Shown piece by piece: positions 49,364 to 59,715 of a stretch of 64,000 bases of DNA; the stretch's first letter is position 1, and the number at the start of each line of letters is the position of its first letter. Made by a program: the position numbers and the translations under genes. Below the pieces are notes generated by a model. The model was not told where the DNA came from, made no database searches, and worked only from the letters and a program-made list of their open reading frames with translations. The stretch comes from Trichodelitschia bisporula (Eukaryota): assembly GCA_010356995.1 (NCBI GenBank), contig ML996700.1, positions 682,001 to 746,000 on the forward strand. The letters run 5' to 3'.

Positions 49364-50471
49364 ATGGTCTCGCTCTGGCCCTGGCGGGTACGCCCTCCCC
49401 CCCCCTCAAATCATCCCATCTAACCCCCACAGGCCTCCACCGACGACGCCGCAACCTTCGAAAAAGCCCTCAGCACCCTCGCCTCCAAAATCGCCGCCTC
49501 AACCACCAAGCGCGACCTCCTCCGCGCCCGCGCCCGCCGCGCAAAAGTCAGCTGGACACTCTACGGCGGCTTCGCGTACATCCTCGCCTTCGTAGTTCTA
49601 ACTCTAGTAACGGGATATCGCAACTGGGGCGCGGTGGAATATACGGTTGTGGCGTGCGGGCCGATCTTGTATGCCCCCCTGACACTCCCTCCAAGGTCAG
49701 AACTAACCACCCTATAGTCTCTACGCCGTCCGCACGGCCCTGACAGCTTGGTACGACTACCGCCTCAACCGCACGGAGACATATCTCGCGACCCTCCTCC
49801 AAGAACGCGATGCTACGATCGAGAAGCTCAAGCTGGCGACTAAGTACAACTCGACGCAACAGCTGCTGGAGAAATATGGCTCGCAGGCCGCCATCGAGCA
49901 CCCGCCCGAGCCGAAGCGCGGTGGTGGCCGTGGTGATGATACCCGCAACCCGCACCTACCGCCCGGACGCACGGGCAACGCTCCCCCACCCACCGCAAAC
50001 ATCCAGCGTCCAAGGGGTCCCAGCGCGCCGATGCCACCATTACCATCACCTTCGCAACCGACACGCTCACCGTCCGTCCGCTCACCAGCCTCCCCTCCCC
50101 CTCCAGCCCTGACAGCCGAATTCGCGCCCAACGCCGAATTCGCGCCCAACGCCTTCACCAGCCCGGCACAATACACACCCCAAACCGCAGGCGAAGGGCG
50201 GTGGTACGACCGGATCCTAGACGCACTGCTCGGGGAGGATGAGACGCTGGCCAAGAACCGATTCGCGCTTATTTGTGCCCACTGTCGGTTGGTGAATGGA
50301 CAGGCGCCGCCGGGGACGCGGGCGTTGAGTGATCTTGGAGAGTGGCGGTGTGCGGGGTGTGGAGGGAAAAACGGGGGGGGCGAGGTGGAGAAGGTGCTTG
50401 GGGAGATTGTTAAGGGGGAGAAGGGGAAGGAGGAGGAGAGTGGGGATGATGGGGAGAGGGTGAGGGATTAG
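49364..50471 (+). CDS. LNP1: Lunapark, ER three-way junction protein
   Basis: MVSLWPWR|ASTDDAATFEKALSTLASKI, two TM helices, KLATKYNSTQQLLEKYG, WYDRILDALLGEDET, C4 zinc finger ALICAHCRLVNGQAPPG..WRCAGC. Introns 49388-49432 and about 49669-49717. Confidence 0.92.
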
Positions 50472-50825
50472 GGGGTGGAGGGTTGGAGGAGTAAAGATAA
50501 TGGGGGTCGGACCTGTAGGTAACGGGGTAATATGCGTGTTGGTGGGGCAAGTCAGGAGCAGCGCGTCGGGGATGAAGACAGCCCAGCAAAGGGACATATT
50601 TACGGCCAGTAGGCGTACAAGGCAGCAGTCACAAGTGAGCAGGAGACAGATTCCACGTCTAGCATTCAGCAAATATCTCAAAGAGATCCATTTCAAATTC
50701 CATGTCATACGTGAGTTCCCATCCGCCCTCCATCGCCGCCAGCCTAACCCCGCAAACCCAGCCGCTCAAACTCCCCACTCAACCATTCCGTACCCATCGA
50801 AACAAGCCAGCAAACTACAATCCTC

Positions 50826-51870
50826 CTACTTCCCCCAAGGCCACCTCCCCTTCCCCTTCCCCTTCCCCTCCTTCCCCTTCCCCTCCTTCCCCTTTCCCTC
50901 CTTCCCCTTCCCCTTCCCCTCCTTCCCCTTCCCCCCCCCACCCCCCCCCCCCCCCCCCCCCCCCCCCACCTCCAGCCACCCCTCCTCCGCAACCCCATAA
51001 AACGCATACCCCCCATCGCTGCTCACGGGACTATCCAGCGCCGGCACAATCGGGTCGTGCGTCGGCGGGCCCGCTTCAAAATGCCGGATTGCCTGGAAGG
51101 CTTCTGGCGTAGGCGCTGAGATGGCTTCGAGTGTGGGTGGTGGATCGAGCAGTTCGAAGGAGGAGGTGGGGGAGGGGGGGATGGAGGGGATGCTCGGTGG
51201 GGGGATGCTCGGTGGATGGACGGTAGGCGGAGGCGAGGCGGCGGGAGGCGTGTCCCGGCCATCCGCTTCCACGCTCTTCTCCCCCGCAGCCTTCTCAGCC
51301 TTCCCAGGCTTCCTCCTCGCCGCAGCATTCGCACGACGCCTCCTCCGCGCCGCGCGCTTCTTCCCCTTAGCCACATCTTCCTCCCCCCCATCGCCCTCCC
51401 GCGCCGCGCACTCCGAGCCCTCGCTCACGTGCCCCGCCCTCGCCCGCCGCTCCTCCTCCCACGCCTTGAGCTGCATCTCCTTCAGCACAGCGCGGGCCTT
51501 GCGCTCGCGCTTCTGCCGGTCCTGTTCGATTTTTTCGCGGGCCTGGCGGGCGCGGACCATGCGCGCTTTTTCGTCGGCGAGGAACTTGTGGACTGAGGCG
51601 GGGTTTGAGGTGTGGTTTGAGGCGCGGAAGTATTTGTGCATGCCCCAGGGGACGCCGGGGGTGAAGGGTTCGGCGAGGGGGCTTAGGGTTGAGAGGTGGG
51701 TTGGGATGACGGTCCCGGTGGTTGAGGGAGGTTGCAGTGGTGCCAGGGCTTTGGTGCGGGTTCTGGAGTGGGTTAGCGGGTAGGTTGGGTATGAGGGGGG
51801 AGGGGAGGGGAGGGGAGGGGAGGGGAGTAAGGGAAGGGACTTACGATGTTGGAACAATAGAAGCGGGCAT
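50826..51870 (-). CDS. Hypothetical protein with PAM2-like motif and basic coiled coil; C-terminus uncertain
   Basis: ATG 51870 plus intron GTAAGT..GCTAAC..CAG joins into the 343-aa ORF. STLSPLAEPFTPG resembles PAM2; charged helix ADEKARMVRARQAREKIEQDRQKRERK. The G/K tail derives from a simple repeat. Confidence 0.55.
50844..50967. repeat. Polypyrimidine (CCCCTT/CCCTCCTT)n tract plus poly-C
   Basis: About 120 bp of almost pure C/T ending in a run of about 27 C. Confidence 0.95.
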
Positions 51871-53419
51871 GGTTTGCAGGTGTTCGTTAGAGGTGAGCGT
51901 GAGGGAGTGTGTGGGGAGGGTTGTTGCGATGTTTGAAAGCGTTGGGTGGGAGGGTGGGTGGTTTTAGGTAGTGCGGAACGGTGGTAGATGGGGTGTGTGA
52001 ATGGAGAAGAGTGTGGAAGAGGGTGTGAAGGGCCGATGACGGAGAGAGGGTGAAGGACCCGATGACGAGGCTGAGTGCGTGCCGATTTTCCGCGGCGTTG
52101 GGGTTTAGAAGTGTCGGTGGGTGCGGGTGCGGATGCAGATGGAGAGGGGAGATAGAAGAGTCGACGAGCCGTACCGCTCAGCAGCGAGACCGGTGGTTAC
52201 TCATGGAATATCGACCGTGCCAGCCATACCCCGCAGACGTGAGGGTGTCTGAGAGGGGAGAGTAAACCCCCCCGCGTACTCCTTCCGGAGCAAGTTCCGG
52301 TCCAGGCACCTCTTCGGTCCGTCCCGTCTCGCTACCGTGAATAGATCGTTAGCCGTGCTGCTCACAAGAGCATTCACTCCCGTGAGATGTAAACGCTCCC
52401 TCCTTCAGCTCAGATCAGCAAGCGGCGTCGTCATCTCGTTACGTGTAGGTGAGTGAGGTCGGACATTCGCCATCGTGTCCTGTTGATCAGGGTCCTGCTA
52501 TCAAGATAACGCGCATGGAATAGCATTGGCATGCTACGGTACGGTACCCTATCGCGTGGACCTGTCTCCGAACAGGAGCAAGCTACATCACAAATTCGCG
52601 TCCACGTCCTTCCACATACACGTCTCGTTGGGGGAAGAAGTAGAAGGTGATGGACTTCGTTATAGGTTCGATGATATCAATGAAATTGCAGGCTGGCTAG
52701 AGGTGGAATAGTTGTGAGTTGTGTACGGATGCAATGGTGAGGTGCAGTCAAGCGCCCTGCCACGCGGCGCAAGGCTGACTTCGCGGCGCGCTGATTGGCT
52801 AGCCGCGTCAGCACGGCGACGTCACCACTCAGATATCACGTATCTTTCATGACTGTTCGTGCGGCTATTCACCCTGCCACAGCGTTTACACCCGGAGCGG
52901 TGATATACACTCAACGCCGGCATTCAGACACACGGCGCGTAAGCCGCTCAGAGAACGGTGAACACAGAAGTTCAGCAGCAGAGACCAGATACTCAGAATT
53001 CATCGTATCGCTCCTCCATCCCCCCTCACCGCGCACCGCGCACCGCGCACCGCCCACAACCCAACCAACCCACCCACCGCCTATCCTCCCATACCACGCC
53101 TACGCCCTTTCAACGCCGATAAATGCATACTTTTCCCCAATATCCCCATCTCTTCCCCATCCCCACAATGCAATCAAAATGCCGCCGCACTCCATTCCGG
53201 CGCCCTCAAGACATCCAGGGCAGCCCTAAAACAAACGTTAGGAAAACGTCCCATCTCCAATCGCCGGGCGGAAAGAATGATACGCGCGACTAGGCAACTG
53301 TGCGGGGGTGTCCTTCCCAATCCCGCCCAGTCCCTTCTCTTTCCCGCCAGACCATGCCTCCAAACAAGGAAAAGTGCGTCAAGTGAGAGTGATATCGGAG
53401 AGTGAGAGCGCCAAAAAGG

Positions 53420-55199
53420 CTACAACACAACACACGACCCGCCCGAAGACCTGCCCGTGCCAGATGGTCAGTACACGGTGCGCGCACCACCATCTCCATC
53501 AACCCGCCCCCCCTTCACCCCCTAAATCAAATAGAAAAAGGAAGAAAGGCACTCACCATCTCTCCCCTTCAATCCCCCGAACCCATCCAATAACCCTCTT
53601 GACCCGCTCCCTAACCGTCCTCACCCCAAGCAGCGCATACTTCTCCTCCTCCGGCACCGGCAGCACAGAGGCAAGCCAGAACGCAAACGGCCCAGGCTCA
53701 GCAGGCGGCCCGCCAAACGCATGCAATATCCGCTCATGCAACCACGGTGCGGACAGCGCACGCATCCTTCCCACAAACGACAGTCCCACGCCCAGCAACT
53801 CCGCCGTTGACATCTTCGCCAGCGGATCGTTCCCCGCCACCGCAGCGGCCATGTCCTCGCACTCCAGACGTGCCTCCTCCTCCGGCGGCACATCGGCCAC
53901 GAGCTCCACGTGCCCGTGCGCATATCCGTCTCGCGCGCCGAAGGAGCACACCCGGAACCGGCTCACGCCGCGTGTCTCCAGGAAACTGCGTCCGTCAGGG
54001 AGAAGCTGGCATCCGACGATCTCAAGTAGCGTGCCGTAGGCGCCGAAGTCTGCGCCCGCCAATCCCTCCTCTTCACCCATGCCTCCCGCCTCAGGCCGCC
54101 TCCTTATCACCATGCCAAACCGTTTATCCCCCTCCAGTGCACGCCTAACCAGCAACCGATAGCGCGGCTCAAAAATGTGCAAAAAGGTTGGCAAGCCCGG
54201 AAACGCAACTGTGCACACAAAAAGCGGCAACTCATCCCCCCCCCGCACCTCCTCCTCCGCCCTCACCGCCTGCGCCCTCGCCTCGCTCAGCTCCGGAAAA
54301 ATACCGCGCAGCAGCGCAACAAGCCGCTTATTGCTCGGCCTATGCCGCAGCGTGGCGGGCAACCCGAGACCGCGCCGACATACAGGGCAATACGGCGCGT
54401 GGTCGAGCGTGCGAGCCAGACACTGTCTGCAGAACGTGTGTCCGCACGGCGTGGTGACGGCATCGAAGAGCAAGTTCAGGCAGACCTGGCAGTCGAGTTC
54501 GCGGGCGGCGGCGCCGCGTACTGCATCCAGGAGCGCCGCGTCGGGCGCGTCGGGCGCGTCGGCATCAGGCGAGGTTTCGCCAAACGCCACGTCGGCGGCG
54601 TAGTCCAGCGCTCCTGCCGCCGCCATGTCCATGACGGCAAGGAGACGGCCGCCGGCGCTGCCGGATGGCGAGGCATAGGTGCGGGCGGGGGCTTCGGCGC
54701 CGGAAGCGAGGATCCAAGGCTCGGCGGGGCGTTCGTGGAGTAGGAGCGGGGCGGGGGGGTGGGGCGGGAGATGGGACCGGAAGGCGTCGACGGCGGCGAG
54801 CACGCTGTCCACCGTTTTGCTGAGGCAGACGTCGGTGGCGCAATCTTCGGCTTTGTGCGGCAGGGCGCACGAGGGGATGGGACAGCGGATGATGAGAGTC
54901 GGGCCGGGATGGCGGCGGGGTGGCGGGGCGGGGGGGGGTAGGCAGGGCCGGCAGACGGTGTGGCCGCAGGGGAGAGTGGTGGGGGAGGTGAAGAGGCGGG
55001 AGCAGGCGGTGCATTGGAGGAGGCGGACGAGGGCTCGCGGGGCGGTGGGGGGTATGGGCGGGGGGGTGGAGGGGGCGGAAGGAGGATGGTCGGTCATTAG
55101 GGCGGCGAGGCCGAGGAGGGAGGCCGGTGCGGGGGTCTCGAGTAACATGCGGTTTTGTTGGTGTGATTTTGTGAGTGCTGATGGTGAGCGGTGGGACAT
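53420..55199 (-). CDS. LON peptidase N-terminal domain and RING finger protein (LONRF/CrgA-like E3 ligase)
   Basis: Two RINGs (CTACSRLFTSPTTLPCGHTVCRPC; CQVCLNLLFDAVTTPCGHTFCRQC..CPVCR) and a LON substrate-binding domain (LPLFVCTVAFPGLPTFLHIFEPRYRLLVRR). Intron 53451-53556 adds SSGGSCVVL*. Start is 55199 or 55097. Confidence 0.92.
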
Positions 55200-55201
55200 G
55201 T

Positions 55202-55307
55202 GCTTTGGTTGCTTTGGTTGATATGGTTGCTTTGGTTGCTTTGGTTGCTTTGGTTGCTTTGGTTGCTTTGGTTGCTTTGGTTGCTTTGGTTGCTGTGGTT
55301 GCTGTGG
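55202..55307. repeat. 9-bp tandem repeat (GCTTTGGTT) x about 12
   Basis: Read directly from the sequence; a few variant units (GATATGGTT, GCTGTGGTT). Confidence 0.95.
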
Positions 55308-55608
55308 ATTGTTGATGGTGAGGTTGGGAGGCTGGGAGGCTCGGGCATGCAGCGATATTCAGCGGGGGGAGGTCCGTGGTGGCTTCATATAGCCTTGCTC
55401 CTCTGCGGAGGTCGAATGGATGCAAGAAAAATAAGAATAGGTGAATAAGCTAGCAGTTGTTAAAGTAGCACGGATCCTACACCCGATGGGGTGGTTGTAC
55501 GTGGTATTGCCGTGTGGTCTTCGTGTGCTGTCTTTGCGCGAGATGGAAAGATGAAGCGGCCGTCTAACCGGAACTATCCCAGAAGCCAGTGAGACAGGAC
55601 ATGTGCCT

Positions 55609-55633
55609 GGGGGGGGGGGGGGGGGGGGGGGGT
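55609..55633. repeat. Poly-G run (25 nt)
   Basis: Read directly from the sequence. Confidence 0.95.
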
Positions 55634-56271
55634 TGCTTGATGTGGTGGAGAGCCAAGAGGGGATGGTCGTGTGGTATGGAGAAATTCGGGAATGGGGTTA
55701 ATGCGTTGGTGGAGGCGAGTTGCGTGGAGCGGTTGAAGAAGAAGAGGCGTACGAATGGATGACGTGATGATGCGCCGTTTGCGGGTGGGGCCGATTTAGG
55801 GGGATGAAGAAGTGGCCGAAGGAGTGGGATTGGCGGGAGAAGGCGACGAGAAGGTGTGGAGACACACGAAGGAGGCGAGGAGGAGATGGAAGAAGGAGTA
55901 AAGGGAGAAAGAGGAAGATGAGAAAGAAGATGAGTGAGGAGAGGCTGAAGTGGCGAGAGGGGATGGAGTGGTGTTACAAAACTCACTCCATCGGCCCAAG
56001 ACGCAGCGAGGGAAGGAAAAGAGGCGATGATAGAGAAAAAGAGGAAAGAGGAAAGAGGACAACGCAGGAGATGCAGGGGACCGAGTCAATTAGGAAGATG
56101 AATCAACGGCTATGAATGCGCAGCGGGTATCAGATCGCCGATTGTTCTTCAAATCTATCGTACGCTTACCATTGCCTCTCACCACGTTCTCAGGAAGTGT
56201 CGGCGTCAGCGTCGGTGCCAGCGTCGCGTGTGTCGCGTGTGGTATGTGCGATGTGAGGTTGCCTGTGTAGT

Positions 56272-56422
56272 GTGTGGTGCGTGAGGTGCGTGTGGTGCGT
56301 GTGGTGCGTGTAGGGTAGTTTATGGCGTGTGGGATAGTTTATGGCGTGTAGGGTAGTTTATGGCGTGTAGGGTAGTTTATGGCGTGTAAGGTAGTTTATG
56401 GCGTGTGTGTGTGTGTGTGTGT
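56272..56422. repeat. Compound minisatellite: (GTGTGGTGC)x4, (GTAGGGTAGTTTATGGCGT)x5, (GT)n
   Basis: Read directly from the sequence; the 19-bp units carry 0-2 substitutions. Confidence 0.9.
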
Positions 56423-57187
56423 GGTCACAGAGTGGCGAAACTATCATGCCATGTCCGTTTTGTCCCTCACCTCATCAACTCTCCAGCTGATGCATCCGTA
56501 GCTGTACGGTAGCAGTAGCAACAACACCTGCAGCAATGGCAGCGTGTGCAAAGGACTGTCCAAACCCGTCAACTCACCTGCGTATGCACATCTAGACCCT
56601 CGGCCCAAACCCTACTCCGATCAGCATCACCACCAGCTTTGACCGGCTAGCAGCCCCCCCCTCCGAATCGCATCATCAACACCAAACGCCCTCACCCTTC
56701 CATTTCAAACCTAAGCGCCACACTTTATGCGCGTCAACCGAACGCCCCGCCACCCGAGTCTCCCACAGCAACCCCAAATTCAGCCCAGAAGCGCCGATTT
56801 CAGCTTCTCAAAGTCCCCAAACGGCAAAAAATGGCCACGCCAACCCCCCCCGTCACCGCCCCAAGGGGATCGATCCCGGCGCATCATCACTCGACGTCGC
56901 CATCGCCGCTAGGCCCAATCCGCGGCGGCGCCAACCGAGGAGTGGCGCCAAATCACGATGCGCCAGCCACGTAACCTAACCCACTCCCTGATCCTTCTCC
57001 TCTTCGCCCTCCAACAAACTCTTCAGGCCCCACCGCACAATCCCCGCGGCCAAAAACAACCCCGCACAATCCCCGCGGCCAACAACAACCCCGTACCACC
57101 CGGGCGTCCTTCCGCCCCTGCTGACCGCAATGTCGAAAATGCCAAAGATATTCTCGAGGCCGAACGCACAAACGCACGAACGCACGA

Positions 57188-57233
57188 ACGAGCAAGCGAG
57201 CAAGCGAGCGAGCGAGCGAGCGAGCGAGCGAGC
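57188..57233. repeat. (GAGC)n microsatellite
   Basis: GCGAGCGAGCGAGC.. tract. Confidence 0.85.
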
Positions 57234-59715
57234 GTGGCGGTCAGGTCCCCGAGCTCTCCGAACTGTTGAGTCCAGATCGGCCCATGGCGCATCGCCATCG
57301 CGATTCCGCACCCCCCGCCCCGCCACGGATCGTACGCTGTGAGCCGTATCACCATGCGATTGTCGCACCGCGGCATGGCCCGCGTCCTCCCAGTGCTGTC
57401 GGACCCAGATCTGAGCCCATGAGCAGCGGATGTGCGGCGGAACCAGGGCCTTCGCCGTTCTCGCGCTGACTGCAGAGCCGCGGCGACCAGATGCGGCTGG
57501 CGCGCGCGGCCGACGATCACTACAGGGCGGGCGCGGTCTAGTTCTTGGATTTGACGCACGGCGCGCGACCGAGCAGCATTGATAGGCGTCCATGGCCGGG
57601 GCAACAGACCCTCGCGCCGCCTTTCGCGTGCCCGTGGGTTGCATTACCGATCTCAGAATAAAGCATCAGCAGCAAGAAGGCTCAGTGCAGGTGGTGTGTC
57701 TCGTTGGTTCGTGAGATTTACCGACACGATTTCGGCGTGGAGGGCTATTCTAGGCCCGGATCGAGATTATGCTTGGATCGGGCGTGCGCCCGGGAGTAAT
57801 GTGGCGGACGGGCGGCGGATGGAAGGACGCGAAACGAGAAAAGCGACGACGACAGCACCCCGCCCTCTCACAGCAGCATCCCGTCACGGCTCCTGCTCCA
57901 CCCCCTCCCCCCGTCCGCCCAACCCGCTCCGCTCCGCTCCGCCCCGCCCGCTGCGAGGCCCACCACGGCACGCCCCATGCTGACTCCGTCCCCGGATCGG
58001 ACCCCGCTAGACGATCGGAGCCCCGCGGCAAGCCGGCACGGCCAGCTGCGGCTGCGGGGCAGGATGAGTGTTAGTGGGCGCGGACCCGGCGCCGGCCCGG
58101 TGGTGCTTCCTGGCGTGGCGTCCATGCGCAATGCACGTGTAAGGATGCTACCGCGTTCCTGCGTTCCTGGATTGGTTGGTTGTGGGGGTTTGTGGCCGGT
58201 GAGTTTATTGATGAGCATGTCACTCGCCTGCGGGGTTGGTTGGCTCGGGCTTCAACGTTGTGTGTGGATAGAACGGGTTAGAGGACGGCTTGATTGGGTG
58301 ATAGGCGAAGTAGATAGCCTGATTAGGCGATGGGGAGGAAGAGGTGCATGATCAGCGTGATATTCTATATGATATGGTTGGTTAGCTGCCGCTTTTACAT
58401 CCTGTATGCGGATGGAAACGGGAGGAGGTACTCAATCAACGTGCTCACTTCTCCCATATGCTATAGGTTAGCCGCTAATTTCTTCGCCTTATGCATTATC
58501 ACGTACCGCAGATCAGTGGTTCAATGAAGTTCATACGTGGTGGATTTGTCCATGTGAGAGTTGAGAGCAAGTCTACCGTAGGTTGGTAGGCGGTCTCGAG
58601 TTTTCACCAACCCTTAGTCTATGGCTCCCTTCCTCTGCTACCCAGAACTCCCCTGGCTCATCATACGGCTCTGTGAACCCCTTGAGGCAGTCATGCAACC
58701 CTATTATGTCGTGGGGTCCGTTCCATGGTGGCTTGTATATGCAGCCCTAAGTAAGGCGCATCTCGCCGTTGGAAGGCAAATCCATATTCCAGGGAAGGCA
58801 CGAATCAAGCAATCGGAAGGGACAAGCCTTGTCCTTAGGGTAGAGGAAGGGACAAGACCACTATGGCAGGCGTGCAGGATGACACTTGGCAGGCTTGGAG
58901 GTTATCATCGTGCGGCTCCACGGCTCCCTCTTCCTTCTTCTCTCCTCGTCTGTTAGTCAGCTACGATGGTAGAAGACACTCAACAACGGTCGGTTGCGCC
59001 GAATCGGGTACTGTAAGCTCTCCGGGTACGTACGGGCCGCATCACGATCACCAGCTGTCCGTTCACAGAGCAGGGAAAGCCGTTGCATTGCCTCCACTAG
59101 GAATAATCAACGCCCCGATCCCTCCTCCGCAGAGCATCCATCTCCATCGCCAAAACAAGCCAGCTCCAGACACCGTATCCTCCCCGCCCATGCCCAAAAA
59201 GATCCCTTTTGCCTACCCTATACCCCACGAACCTCCCACCCGTCCCCCCCCGTCCCCTCCGCCAAACCCAAAACACCAAACTCCGCACACCGCACACCGC
59301 GAAACAGCAAACAGGAGTAAAAAAAATAGGTCGTTCGATCGAGGTGTCATACCACGCCGCCCCCCCCGACCATCAAACCTCGCAGTTCCGCATGTCTAGC
59401 CGTCACCGACGCCCTTCAGCCTTCCGCCCTATCGCTAGAGAGGACGCCATGCCTTTTTCGTGATATATCCTCCTCATCGTCGCACGCCCCCGCACCACGC
59501 CTTACCCTCCCCTGCCTCAGCTGCGCGTGGATGTAACGTGTTCGCGCAGGGTACCTGGAACGTTGACAGCTGAATTCTGCAGGGCGCCAAAAATGAAAGC
59601 CACGCAAAACGGAGGACAGCTGAGGGCCACGGCAGCCACTGCTAATGCTTCTCTGCTGCATTGTCTTCTTTTCTTCGCTGCCGGCGCATGACCGGTCCGA
59701 TTTCTTTGACATCGC

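Noticed and set aside
56310..56404. 19-bp repeats as a CRISPR array or telomere
   Set aside because: Head-to-tail with no spacers, eukaryotic context, and not a TTAGGG array.
56958..57269. 103-aa ORF with a weak hydrophobic N-terminus
   Set aside because: Largely built from microsatellite and short duplications; no coding evidence.
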